Shown here in pieces: positions 15,750 to 25,339 of a DNA stretch of 32,000 nt. Location: the NCBI RefSeq assembly GCF_042660085.1, contig NZ_JBHSTI010000008.1, forward strand, positions 1,993,590 through 2,025,589, written 5' to 3'. The stretch's first letter is position 1, and each line of letters starts with the position of its first letter. The notes under the pieces were generated by a model, which made no database searches, was not told the DNA's origin, and saw only the letters and a program-made list of their open reading frames with translations. The position numbers and the translations under genes were made by a program. Source of the stretch: Longivirga aurantiaca. GTDB taxonomy: Bacteria > Actinomycetota > Actinomycetes > S36-B12 > CAIYMF01.

Positions 15750-18700
15750 GCGTAGAACACCCTCTCCACGACCCCCCGTGCACGTCGCGTGATCCGCCGG
15801 TAGTCGTCCAGCAGCGCTCCGCTCTCGCCGGGAGGGTATCCGAGCACCTGCGACACAGCGGCCAGGTCGCGCGTGTCGGTAGGCACCATGTCGCTCGCTC
15901 GGCCCTTGACCAGCATCACGGCGTCGCGCACCCTCGTCGCCATCCGCCAGGCGGACGCGAGGTGCTCCGCATCCTCGGCCTCGAGCAGGCCCGCGGCGAC
16001 CGCGCCGTCGAGCGCGGGAACCGTGCGGGTCGTCCGCAGCGCGGGCACCGCGTGCCCGTGCTGCAGGGTGATGAGCTGGGCCACCCACTCGACGTCCGAG
16101 AGGCCACCGCGACCGAGCTTGGTGTGCAGGCCGGGGTCGGCACCGCGCGGGAGCCGCTCGGCCTCCATCCGCGCCTTGAGCCGCCGGATCTCGCGGACGT
16201 CGCTCTCGCCGATGCCACCCTCGGGGTAGCGCAGCGGGTCGATGATCGCCACGAACTCGCGGCCGAGCGCGTCGTCGCCGGCTACGGGCTCGGCGCGCAG
16301 CAGCGCCTGCGCCTCCCAGGCAGAGGACCACTTCTCGTAGTACGAGGCGTACGACGCGATGGTGCGCACCAGCGGGCCGTTGCGTCCCTCGGGCCGCAGC
16401 GAGGCGTCGACCTCGAGCGCCGGGTCGGGCGTGGGGATCATGAGCAGGCGCCGCAGCTCGGCGGCCACGGCGAGCGCAGCCTCGTGGGCGTCGCGGTCGT
16501 CCGCCCCGGGGAGCGGGTCGTGCACGAACAGGACGTCGGCGTCGCTGGCGAAGCCGAGCTCGCCGCCCCCGAAGCGCCCCATCGCCACGACCAGGAAACG
16601 GGTCGGCAGCGCGCTCCCTCTCTCGGCGGTGACGGCGCGCTCGGCGATCTCGAGCGCGCCGGTGATGGTCGCCCCTGCGATCGCCGACAGCGCGACGCCG
16701 GCATCGTCGACCTGCGCCAGGCCGAGCAGCTCGGCCACGGCCGTGCGGAACAGCTCGCGCCGACGCAGCGCGCGCACGGCCGCCACCGCTACCTCGGGGT
16801 CCTCGTAGCGCCGCGCGGCGGCCAGCGCCTCGGCATCGAGGGCCTCGCGGGTCCGCGGAACCAGCTCGTCGTCATCGGCGAGCATCGTGACGCCCTCGGG
16901 GGCCCGCATGAGCAGGTCGGACGCGTAGCGGCTCGAGGCGAGGATCGTCGCGAGCCTCTGCGCGGCGAGCGACTCGTCGCGCAGCAGGCGCAGGTACCAC
17001 GGGGTCGAGCCCAACGAGTCGCTCATGCGTCGGAAGGCGAGCAGGCCCGCGTCCGGGTTGGGTGCACCCGCGAACCAGCCGAGCATCACGGGCAGCAGAG
17101 TCCGCTGGATGGCGGCGCGGCGCGTGACGCCCGAGGTCAGCGCCTCGAGGTTGCGCAGCGCGCCCGCGGGGTCGACGTAGCCGAGCGCCTCGAGCCGCTG
17201 CCGCGCAGCCTCGTGGGTGAGCCGCGCCTCGCCCGCGTCGAGGCGCGCCACGGCGTTGAGCAGCGGCCGGTAGAACAGCTTCTCGTGCAGCCGACGGACC
17301 TCGCGCCGGTGCTTCTTCCACGCGTCGTTCAGCTCGGCGACGGGATCGGTGCGCATCCCCATCGACCGCGCGATGTGCCGCAGCGCGACGTCGGAGTCGG
17401 GCACCACGTGGGTGCGCCTCAGCCGGTGCAGCTGGATCCGGTGCTCGAGCGTCCGCAGGAAGGCGTACGACTGCGCGAGGTTCGACGCGTCCTCGCGTCC
17501 GACGTACCCCCACGTGGCGAGCGACTCCAGCGCAGTCATCGTGGTGCTGCTGTGGAGCATCACGTCGCTGCGCCCGTGCACGAGCTGCAGCAGCTGCACG
17601 GAGAACTCGACGTCGCGCAGCCCCCCGGAGCCGAGCTTGAGCTGCCGGTCGGCGTCCTTGGCCGGCACGTTCTCCTCGACGCGGCGACGCATCGCCTGCA
17701 CGTCCTCGACGAAGTTCGGCCGGTCGGCCGCGCTCCACACGAACGGCGTCACGAGATCGACGAAGGCTGCCCCGAGGTCGAGATCACCGGCGGCGGGGCG
17801 TGCCTTGAGCAGCGCCTGGAACTCCCACGTCGAGGCCCAGCGCCGGTAGTAGCCGTCGTACGACGCCAGCGTGCGCACGAGCGCGCCGGACTTGCCCTCG
17901 GGCCGGAGGTTGGGGTCGACCTCCCAGATCGATCCCTCGGGAGTGGGTGCGTTGCACGCGCGCATGAGCGACTGCGCGAGCCGGGTGCCGGCGCGGATGG
18001 CCTCGGTCTCGTCGACGCCGTCGCGCGGCTCGACGACGTACACGACGTCGACGTCGGAGATGTAGTTGAGCTCGTGCCCGCCGCACTTGCCGAGCGCGAG
18101 CACGGCGATGCGCACGAGGTCGGACGCGTCCGGGTGCTCGGACCGCGCGATCGCGAGCGCGGCCTCGAGCGTGCCGTCGGCGAGGTCGGCGAGCGCAGCG
18201 GACACCTCGACGAAGGCGGCGCCGTCGGCGAGGTCCGCGGCGGCGATCGCGAGCAGGCGCCGCCGGTAGGCGACCCGCAGCGCCGACAGCACCTCGGTGC
18301 CCGAGCCGGAGGCGACCGGCGGCGTGGCGCGGGGGTCGGCCCCCACCGCGCGCAGCAGCTCGGATCGCACGACGTCGACGGGCGCGAAGTCGGGCGCGCC
18401 CTCGTCGTGCGCCCGCAGCACGGTCCAGTCGCCCGGGTGGCGCACCAGGTGGTCGCCGAGAGCGACCGACGCGCCGAGCACGGTGAGGACCCGGCGGCGC
18501 GACTCCTCGTCCTCGTCGAGCTCGGCGACGAGGGCGCGGGCGGCGGGGTCGCCCGTCTCGGCGATGCGCGAGAGCGTCGCGAGGGCGAGGTCGGGGTCGG
18601 CTGCCAGCGAGAGGTCGACGACCGCGTCGGTGCCGAGGCCGACGAGGCCCGGGTCGGACAGCAGCCGGACCGCGAGGGCGGCGTCGGCGAAGCCGAGGCG

Positions 18701-18757
18701 GGCGAGGCGGCCCTGCAGGCTGCCCGACCGTCCCTCGGCCGCGCCGTCGAGGGTCAT
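15746..18757 (-). CDS. glnE: Bifunctional glutamine synthetase adenylyltransferase/adenylyl-removing enzyme
   Basis: Two nucleotidyltransferase domains: ALGKCGGHELNYISDVDVVYV and AMGRFGGGELGFASDADVLFV; DPNLRPEGKSGALVRTL and DASLRPEGRNGPLVRTI. Start may differ slightly. Confidence 0.96.
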   Translation of the reverse strand: MTLDGAAEGRSGSLQGRLARLGFADAALAVRLLSDPGLVGLGTDAVVDLSLAADPDLALATLSRIAETGDPAARALVAELDEDEESRRRVLTVLGASVALGDHLVRHPGDWTVLRAHDEGAPDFAPVDVVRSELLRAVGADPRATPPVASGSGTEVLSALRVAYRRRLLAIAAADLADGAAFVEVSAALADLADGTLEAALAIARSEHPDASDLVRIAVLALGKCGGHELNYISDVDVVYVVEPRDGVDETEAIRAGTRLAQSLMRACNAPTPEGSIWEVDPNLRPEGKSGALVRTLASYDGYYRRWASTWEFQALLKARPAAGDLDLGAAFVDLVTPFVWSAADRPNFVEDVQAMRRRVEENVPAKDADRQLKLGSGGLRDVEFSVQLLQLVHGRSDVMLHSSTTMTALESLATWGYVGREDASNLAQSYAFLRTLEHRIQLHRLRRTHVVPDSDVALRHIARSMGMRTDPVAELNDAWKKHRREVRRLHEKLFYRPLLNAVARLDAGEARLTHEAARQRLEALGYVDPAGALRNLEALTSGVTRRAAIQRTLLPVMLGWFAGAPNPDAGLLAFRRMSDSLGSTPWYLRLLRDESLAAQRLATILASSRYASDLLMRAPEGVTMLADDDELVPRTREALDAEALAAARRYEDPEVAVAAVRALRRRELFRTAVAELLGLAQVDDAGVALSAIAGATITGALEIAERAVTAERGSALPTRFLVVAMGRFGGGELGFASDADVLFVHDPLPGADDRDAHEAALAVAAELRRLLMIPTPDPALEVDASLRPEGRNGPLVRTIASYASYYEKWSSAWEAQALLRAEPVAGDDALGREFVAIIDPLRYPEGGIGESDVREIRRLKARMEAERLPRGADPGLHTKLGRGGLSDVEWVAQLITLQHGHAVPALRTTRTVPALDGAVAAGLLEAEDAEHLASAWRMATRVRDAVMLVKGRASDMVPTDTRDLAAVSQVLGYPPGESGALLDDYRRITRRARGVVERVFYA

Positions 18758-19521
18758 CAGGGCCGCGGACTGCCGGCCGACGCGCGGACGACCTCGGCGA
18801 AGGCCACCGCGAACGGACGCCACCCGTCGAGCATCTCCTGCTCGCGGTCCACGACGTCCTGCATGACCTTCTCCACGCTCGCGCCGGCCTTCTCGACCGG
18901 CTCGGGGTCGTCCGGGAACCAGGAGGCGAGGATCTCGGCGTCGACCTCGGGGTGGAACTGGATCGCCCAGGCGCTTCTGCCGAGGCGGTAGGCCTGCACG
19001 GGGCAGGTCGGGGTCGAGGCCAGCACGACGGCCCCCTCGGGCACCTCGAGCATGGCGTCCTGGTGGTACTGCGCGACGGGGATGCCCTGCGGGAGAACGG
19101 AGAACAGCGGGTCGCCCTGCGCCTCGGGCAGCAGGTCGATCTCGTAGATGCCGACCTCCGCCACGGGGGCGCGGTCCACGACGCCGCCTGCGGCGAGGGT
19201 CATGAGCTGGCCTCCGAGGCAGACGCCGAGGAGCGGCGCGGACGACTCGACCGAGCTGAGGATCAGGGCCCGCTCGTCGGGCAGCCACGGTGCGCGCTCG
19301 TCCTCCCACGCGGCCATCTCGCCGCCGAGCAGCACCACGCCGTGGTAGCCCGCGGGGAGCTCGCGCGGCACGGGCTCGCCGAGGTCGGCGCGCACGACGT
19401 CGTAGCCGATGCCGTGCTCGTCCCACCAGGTGCCGAGCAGCCCGACCGGGTCGGTCGGGTCGTTCTGGATGACGAGGAGGCGTGCCGGCGCGGCTGCGCC
19501 CTCGATGGTCTGGGAGGTCAT
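18757..19521 (-). CDS. Class I (type 1) glutamine amidotransferase domain protein
   Basis: PLLGVCLGGQLMTLAAGG nucleophile motif and WAIQFHPEVD catalytic His/Glu. Confidence 0.92.
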   Translation of the reverse strand: MTSQTIEGAAAPARLLVIQNDPTDPVGLLGTWWDEHGIGYDVVRADLGEPVPRELPAGYHGVVLLGGEMAAWEDERAPWLPDERALILSSVESSAPLLGVCLGGQLMTLAAGGVVDRAPVAEVGIYEIDLLPEAQGDPLFSVLPQGIPVAQYHQDAMLEVPEGAVVLASTPTCPVQAYRLGRSAWAIQFHPEVDAEILASWFPDDPEPVEKAGASVEKVMQDVVDREQEMLDGWRPFAVAFAEVVRASAGSPRP

Positions 19522-19569
19522 CGGGGCCTGATTCTGTGCGGGACGGTGTTCGCGTGCGGACGGGTCGGG

Positions 19570-20907
19570 CTAGAGGACGGGCAGGTAGCGCGCGAGCTCG
19601 AACGGTGTGACCTGACGACGGTAGTCCGCCCACTCCTGGCGCTTGTTGCGCAGGAAGTGGTCGTAGACGTGCTCGCCGAGGGTCTCGGCGACGAGCTCGC
19701 TGCGCTCCATCACCGTGAGCGCCTGGCCGAGCGACGTGGGGAGCGGCTCGATGCCGAGCGCGCGGCGCTCCGCCTCGGTCAGCGCCCAGACGTCGTCCTC
19801 GGCGCCCGGGGGCAGCTCGTAGCCCTGCTCGATGCCCTTGAGGCCGGCGGCGAGCATGACCGCGAACGAGAGGTACGGGTTGGCCGCGGTGTCGATCGAC
19901 CGGAACTCCACCCGCGTCGAGTTGCCCTTGCTCGGCTTGTACATCGGCACGCGGACGAGGGCGCTGCGGTTGTTGTGGCCCCAGCACACGTACGCCGGAG
20001 CCTCGCCGCCGCCGCCGAGGCGCTTGTAGGAGTTGACCCACTGGTTGGTCACCGCCGTGATCTCCGGCGCGTGCCGCAGCAGGCCGGCGATGAAGCTGCG
20101 CCCGACCTTGGACAGCGAGTACTCCGCACCCGCCTCGTAGAACGCGTTGCGGTCGCCCTCGAACAGCGACAGGTGCGTGTGCATGCCGGAGCCCGGGTGG
20201 TCGGCGAACGGCTTCGGCATGAAGGTGGCGTACACGCCCTGCTCGAGCGCGACCTCCTTCACGACCAGCCGGAAGGTCATGATGTTGTCGGCGGTGGTGA
20301 GCGCGTCCGCGTAGCGCAGGTCGATCTCCTGCTGCCCGGGCGCGCCCTCGTGGTGGCTGAACTCCACCGAGATGCCCATCGCCTCGAGCATCGTGATGGC
20401 CTGACGGCGGAAGTCGTAGCCGAGGCCGTGCGGCGTGTGGTCGAAGTAGCCCACCTGGTCGATCGGCGTCGGCACCTCGCCCTTGGCGAAGCCCTGCTCG
20501 AGCAGGAAGAACTCGATCTCGGGGTGCGTGTAGAACGTGAAGCCGAGCTCGGCGGCCTTGGCGAGCTGCCGCTTGAGCACGTGCCGCGGGTCGGCGTACG
20601 ACGGGCTGCCGTCGGGCATGAGGATGTCGCAGAACATGCGGCCGACGCCGGGGCTCTCGCCGCGCCACGGGAGCACCTGGAAGGTGCTCGGGTCGGGCTT
20701 GGCCAGCATGTCCGACTCGAACACGCGCGCGAAGCCCTCGATGGCCGAGCCGTCGAACCCGATGCCCTCGGAGAAGGCGCCCTCGAGCTCGGCCGGGGCG
20801 ACCGCCACCGACTTGAGCATGCCGAGCACGTCGGTGAACCAGAGCCGCACGAAGCGGATGTCGCGCTCCTCGATGGTGCGGAGCACGAACTCGGTCTGCT
20901 TGTCCAT
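19570..20907 (-). CDS. glnA: Glutamine synthetase, actinobacterial GlnA2-type
   Basis: MDKQTEFVLRTIEERDIRFVRLWFTDVLGMLKSVAVAPAELEGAFSEGIGFDGSAIEGFARVFESD...EFSHHEGAPGQQEIDLRYADALTTADNIMTFR...NSYKRL. In-frame ATG also at 20916. Confidence 0.95.
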   Translation of the reverse strand: MDKQTEFVLRTIEERDIRFVRLWFTDVLGMLKSVAVAPAELEGAFSEGIGFDGSAIEGFARVFESDMLAKPDPSTFQVLPWRGESPGVGRMFCDILMPDGSPSYADPRHVLKRQLAKAAELGFTFYTHPEIEFFLLEQGFAKGEVPTPIDQVGYFDHTPHGLGYDFRRQAITMLEAMGISVEFSHHEGAPGQQEIDLRYADALTTADNIMTFRLVVKEVALEQGVYATFMPKPFADHPGSGMHTHLSLFEGDRNAFYEAGAEYSLSKVGRSFIAGLLRHAPEITAVTNQWVNSYKRLGGGGEAPAYVCWGHNNRSALVRVPMYKPSKGNSTRVEFRSIDTAANPYLSFAVMLAAGLKGIEQGYELPPGAEDDVWALTEAERRALGIEPLPTSLGQALTVMERSELVAETLGEHVYDHFLRNKRQEWADYRRQVTPFELARYLPVL

Positions 20908-20991
20908 GCGGCCCATCTTGGACCACCGCACGTCACGTGCGTGTGTCGGCTCGCCCCATCCCCCGCGACCCCGGCGTCCTAGGCTTCCCCC

Positions 20992-22725
20992 GTGCCCCAG
21001 ATCCGGCTCGCCCTCGCCCAGGTCAACCCGTGTGTCGGCGACCTCGCCGGCAACGTCGACCGCGTGCTCGCGGGTGCCCGCGACGCGCACGGGGCCGGAG
21101 CCCGACTCGTGGCCTTCCCCGAGATGGTGCTCACCGGCTACCCGGTGGAGGACCTCGCCCTGCGCCCGTCGTTCCAGGCTGCCAGCCGCCAGGCGCTCGA
21201 CTCGCTCGCCGCCCGCCTGGTCGAGGAGGGCCTCGGCTCGCTCGTGGTCGTCGTCGGCTACCTCGACGTCATCGACGACGGGCACGACCGGCTCGGCCGT
21301 CCGCGCGGCGGTCCGCAGAACGCCGCGGCCGTCGTCACCGGCGGCCGCGTGGTGGCCCGGTACGCCAAGCACCACCTGCCCAACTACGGCGTGTTCGACG
21401 AGTTCCGCTACTTCGTGCCCGGAGCGTCCACGACGGTCGTCCGCGTGGACGGCGTCGACGTCGCGATCGCCATCTGCGAGGACCTCTGGCAGGACGGCGG
21501 CCCGGTCGCCCAGGTGCGCGACACCGGTGCCGGTCTGCTCGTGGTCATCAACGGGTCGCCGTACGAGCGCAACAAGGACGACGTGCGCCTCGAGCTGTGC
21601 GCCCGCCGTGCGCGCGAGGCGGGCTGCCCGCTCGCCTACGTGAACATGGTCGGCGGCCAGGACGAGCTCGTCTTCGACGGCGACTCGCTCGTCGTGGGGG
21701 CCGACGGCGCGCTCGTCGCGCGGGCGCCGCAGTTCGAGGAGTCGCTGCTCGTCGTCGACCTCGACCTGCCGATGGCAGACCCCACCACCAGCGCGTCGAC
21801 GGCGGCCATCGGCTTCCCCCTGCCGGCGTACACCCCCGAGCCGCCGTCGGTCGCGCCCCGGCTCTCGGACGACGCCGAGGTGTGGCAGGCCCTGGTCGTC
21901 GGACTGCGCGACTACGTGGGCAAGAACGGGTTCCGGTCGGTCACCCTCGGCCTGTCCGGCGGAATCGACTCGGCGGTCGTCGCCGCGATCGCGTGCGATG
22001 CGCTCGGTGCCGACAACGTGCACGGCGTCTCGCTTCCGAGCGTCTACTCCTCCGACCACTCCCGGGGCGACGCCGCCGACATGGCCGAGCGGACGGGCCT
22101 GCACTACCGCACGGTCGAGATCGCGCCGATGGTCGACGCGTTCCAGGGCCGGCTGCACCTCTCCGGGCTGGCCGAGGAGAACCTGCAGGCGCGCGTGCGC
22201 GGCACCACGCTCATGGCGATCTCCAACGCCGAGGGCCACCTCGTGCTCGCCACCGGGAACAAGAGCGAGCTCTCGGTCGGCTACTCGACGATCTACGGCG
22301 ACGCCGTCGGCGGCTACGCGCCGATCAAGGACGTGCCCAAGGTCGACGTCTGGGCGCTCGCGCGCTGGCGCAACGAGCATGCGCTCGAGCGCGGCGAGAC
22401 CCCCCCGATCCCTCCGAGCAGCATCGACAAGCCGCCGTCGGCCGAGCTGCGCCCCGGCCAGCTCGACTCGGACTCGCTGCCCGACTACGCGGTGCTCGAC
22501 GACCTGCTCGACGACTACGTCGAGAACGACCGCGGGGCTGCCGAGCTCGTGGCCGACGGCTTCGACCAGGCGCTCGTCGAGCGGGTGCTGCGGCTGACCG
22601 ACGTCGCGGAGTACAAGCGCCGGCAGTACCCGCCGGGCACGAAGATCTCCTCCAAGGGGTTCGGCCGCGACCGCCGCCTCCCGGTCACGAACCGGTGGCG
22701 CGAGACCGTGCCCGACCAGGACTAG
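20992..22725 (+). CDS. nadE: Glutamine-dependent NAD+ synthetase
   Basis: N-terminal nitrilase triad (FPEMVLTGYPVEDL, KHHLPNYGVFDE, AICEDLWQDGG) plus LGLSGGIDSAVVAAIA and NKSELSVGYSTIYGDAVGGYAPIKDVPK. GTG start. Confidence 0.97.
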   Translation: MPQIRLALAQVNPCVGDLAGNVDRVLAGARDAHGAGARLVAFPEMVLTGYPVEDLALRPSFQAASRQALDSLAARLVEEGLGSLVVVVGYLDVIDDGHDRLGRPRGGPQNAAAVVTGGRVVARYAKHHLPNYGVFDEFRYFVPGASTTVVRVDGVDVAIAICEDLWQDGGPVAQVRDTGAGLLVVINGSPYERNKDDVRLELCARRAREAGCPLAYVNMVGGQDELVFDGDSLVVGADGALVARAPQFEESLLVVDLDLPMADPTTSASTAAIGFPLPAYTPEPPSVAPRLSDDAEVWQALVVGLRDYVGKNGFRSVTLGLSGGIDSAVVAAIACDALGADNVHGVSLPSVYSSDHSRGDAADMAERTGLHYRTVEIAPMVDAFQGRLHLSGLAEENLQARVRGTTLMAISNAEGHLVLATGNKSELSVGYSTIYGDAVGGYAPIKDVPKVDVWALARWRNEHALERGETPPIPPSSIDKPPSAELRPGQLDSDSLPDYAVLDDLLDDYVENDRGAAELVADGFDQALVERVLRLTDVAEYKRRQYPPGTKISSKGFGRDRRLPVTNRWRETVPDQD

Positions 22726-23324
22726 CGCGCGAGGAAGCCCGCGAGCGCCGCGTCCACGACCTGGGTCGAGCCGGCGCCCGGCGCCGGGTCGCGGCCGCTC
22801 GAGCGCACCTGGTTCATGTAGACGCTCGTGCCGATGATGAGCGTGATGAGCAGCTCGAGGTCGGCGTCGGGGCGGATCTCGCCGCGCTCGATCCCGCGAC
22901 GCAGCACGACGCGGAACAGCTCGCGCCGCGGCTCGATCACGGTGTCGTAGAACGACTCGAACAGGCGCGGGTTCGACTTCGCGTGCGCCATCACACGGTG
23001 GAAGACGAGCCCGTTCGGTGTCTGGACGTACGACCGCCACCAGGCGTCGACGAGGAACAGGATGCCGTCGCGGACGCTGCCCTCGGGCACGTCGTCCGGC
23101 AGACCGGTGACGAGCGCACCGAGCGAGGCCACCACGAGGTCGTCCTTGGTGGGCCACCGGCGGTAGATCGTGGCCTTGCTGACGCCGGCGCGGGTCGCGA
23201 CCTCCTCGACCGAGAGACCGGTGGGCCCGACCTCGGCGAGCAGGTGGAGCGCCGCGTCGAGGATCGCCGAGTCGGCCCGGACGTCACGGGGACGTCCGGG
23301 CGCACGCGTGCGGCTGACGGTCAC
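22722..23324 (-). CDS. TetR/AcrR-family transcriptional regulator
   Basis: AILDAALHLLAEVGPTGLSVEEVATRAGVSKATIYRRWPTKDDLVVASL helix-turn-helix. GTG start. Confidence 0.95.
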   Translation of the reverse strand: MTVSRTRAPGRPRDVRADSAILDAALHLLAEVGPTGLSVEEVATRAGVSKATIYRRWPTKDDLVVASLGALVTGLPDDVPEGSVRDGILFLVDAWWRSYVQTPNGLVFHRVMAHAKSNPRLFESFYDTVIEPRRELFRVVLRRGIERGEIRPDADLELLITLIIGTSVYMNQVRSSGRDPAPGAGSTQVVDAALAGFLAR

Positions 23325-25117
23325 GGCCGCTCGGCCTCGCCCTTCGCGATCGGGGCGATGTACTCCTCGGCCGCCTCGGTGGCGTACGTGTCCTCGAGCG
23401 CGGCCGCCTCGGCGTTCGCCTCCTCGCGGGTGTGCGCCTCGCCCACGTGCGGGTGCTCGTGGCCCGGGGTGCCGGGCCCGGCGGTGCGGCCCTTCTGCGG
23501 CGGGGTGATCGGCGGCAGCAGGAACCAGACGACCAGGGCCGCGACGAGGACGAGCGCCATCGAGATGAGGCTCGTGACGTGCGCGGCCGAGAGGAACGCG
23601 TCGAACGCGATGGCCTTGCCCTGCGCGACCAGCTCTGCAGGGGCGCCGTTCGCCTCGAGGTCGGTGAGGACGCGCACCGTGCCGCCGACGGAGTTCGTGG
23701 CAGCGTCGACCGCCTCCGGCGGGAGTCCGGCGGGCAGCGTGGCGAGCACCGGCTGCACGTTGGACGCGTACTGCGTCGCCAGCACGGTGCCGATGACCGC
23801 GACGCCGAAGGCGCCGAACACCTGCCGCACCGTGTTCTGCACGGCAGAGCCCGCGCCGGCGCGGGCGAGCGGGAGCGCGTTCTGCATCACGGTCGAGGCG
23901 GGCGCGATCACGTTGCCCATGCCGAAGCCGAAGACGAAGAAGATGACCAGGACGAGCCACAGCGGGGTCGAGAGCGACAGCGACGCGACGCCGAGCAGCG
24001 CGAGCGTGACGGCGACGAGGCCGAAGGTCATGACGCGCTTGTAGCCGAACCGCTCGACCATGGCGGCGCTGCGGGGCGCGGCGATGATCTGGCCCACGGC
24101 GAACGGCAGGAAGCAGAGACCCGCAGACAGGGTCGAGTAGCCGCGGATGGACTGCAGGAAGAACGGCAGCGTGAACGTGATGCCCGAGAGGGCGAAGAAC
24201 GCGAGGCTCACAGCGGTCAGGCTGACGGCGTACCCGCGGTTCTTGAAGAGGGTGACGTCGAAGCTCCGGTGGTCGCTGCGCGCCTCCATCACGATGAACA
24301 GCGCGAGCACCGCGATGCCCAGCACCATCGGGACCCACACCGACGGCGTGAGGAAGGTGAGCGTCACCGAGGCGTGGATGATGCCGTAGACCAGCAGCAC
24401 GAGACCGGTGAACGAGATGAGCAGGCCGGGGATGTCGAGGCGCTGCGGGTGCGGGTTCTTCGTCTCGGGGACCACGAGGATGATCCCGACGAGGCCGACT
24501 ATCACGATCGGCACGTTGATGAGGAAGACCGCGCCCCAGTCGTTGCCGGTCAGGCCGTTGAACCACTCCGGGTGCTCGAGCAGCAGGCCGCCCAGCACCG
24601 GGCCGAGGGCGACGGCAGCACCGACCGCGCCGGCCCAGGCTCCGATGGCCTTGCCGCGCTCGTGGGGCGGGAAGACCACGGTGATGACGGCGAGAGTCAC
24701 CGGGAGGACGGCGGCGCCGCCGATGCCCATGACGCCGCGGAAGAGGATGAGCATCTGCGGCGTCGTCGCGAACGCGCAGATCGCGGAGGCGACGGCGAAG
24801 ATGACGAGGCCGATCATGAGGATGCGCTTGCGGCCGTACTTGTCGCCGAGCACGCCCCACGTGAACAGCAGCGCGGCGAACACGAGGATGTAGGAGTCGA
24901 CCGCCCACACGAGCTCGCTCTGGTCGGCGCCGAGGTCGCGCTGGATCGTCGGCAGGGCGATGTTGAGGATCGTGTTGTCGAGCACGACCACCAGCAGGCT
25001 GGTGACGAGCACCCCGAGGATCGCCCAGCGGCGGGGGTGGCCTGCGCCCGATGTCTGCCAGCCGCTGGTGGGGGCCTCGGCGGCGGCCTCGCGGCGGGCG
25101 GCGCGTGAGTCGGACAT
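23321..25117 (-). CDS. DHA2-family (EmrB/QacA-like) MFS drug-efflux transporter
   Basis: LLVVVLDNTILNIALPTIQRDLGADQSELVWAVDSYILVFAALLFTWGVLGDKYGRKR...; ATG start with aaggag-like RBS. Confidence 0.96.
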   Translation of the reverse strand: MSDSRAARREAAAEAPTSGWQTSGAGHPRRWAILGVLVTSLLVVVLDNTILNIALPTIQRDLGADQSELVWAVDSYILVFAALLFTWGVLGDKYGRKRILMIGLVIFAVASAICAFATTPQMLILFRGVMGIGGAAVLPVTLAVITVVFPPHERGKAIGAWAGAVGAAVALGPVLGGLLLEHPEWFNGLTGNDWGAVFLINVPIVIVGLVGIILVVPETKNPHPQRLDIPGLLISFTGLVLLVYGIIHASVTLTFLTPSVWVPMVLGIAVLALFIVMEARSDHRSFDVTLFKNRGYAVSLTAVSLAFFALSGITFTLPFFLQSIRGYSTLSAGLCFLPFAVGQIIAAPRSAAMVERFGYKRVMTFGLVAVTLALLGVASLSLSTPLWLVLVIFFVFGFGMGNVIAPASTVMQNALPLARAGAGSAVQNTVRQVFGAFGVAVIGTVLATQYASNVQPVLATLPAGLPPEAVDAATNSVGGTVRVLTDLEANGAPAELVAQGKAIAFDAFLSAAHVTSLISMALVLVAALVVWFLLPPITPPQKGRTAGPGTPGHEHPHVGEAHTREEANAEAAALEDTYATEAAEEYIAPIAKGEAERP

Positions 25118-25187
25118 GGGTTCTCCTTGCGGCCGGCGTCCCCCGACGGGCCCTGGTGCGGTGGTCCGACCCCCTCGGCCGGACGGT

Positions 25188-25203
25188 GTGAGGCACGCCT
25201 CAC
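25188..25203. promoter_or_regulatory. Candidate operator palindrome upstream of the MFS/TetR operon
   Basis: gtgaggc-ac-gcctcac: perfect 7-bp half-sites, 2-nt spacer, in the divergent MFS/panB intergenic region. Confidence 0.45.
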
Positions 25204-25339
25204 CAATAACGAAACGCAACCGTACCGTATCGGACCGGCGGCGCGACGCGATCCGGTAGATGACGCGGGCGCACCCACGTGCCACCATGGCTCCTGAACG
25301 GGTACCCCAGCACGGGGACTCGAGTCGTTGGAGGTCCTC

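Noticed and set aside
15962-18991. 1009-aa plus-strand ORF opposite glnE
   Set aside because: Antisense artefact with Arg/Gly/Ala/His-rich composition; glnE has both catalytic domains on the minus strand.
20908-23157. Upstream extension of the 1195-aa minus-strand ORF that contains glnA
   Set aside because: It is antisense to nadE; the real glutamine synthetase starts at 20907 (or 20916) by homology to the conserved MDxQxEFVLRT N-terminus.
20937-24044. 1035-aa plus-strand ORF over nadE, tetR and MFS
   Set aside because: Out-of-frame, proline/arginine-rich; real genes identified in other frames.
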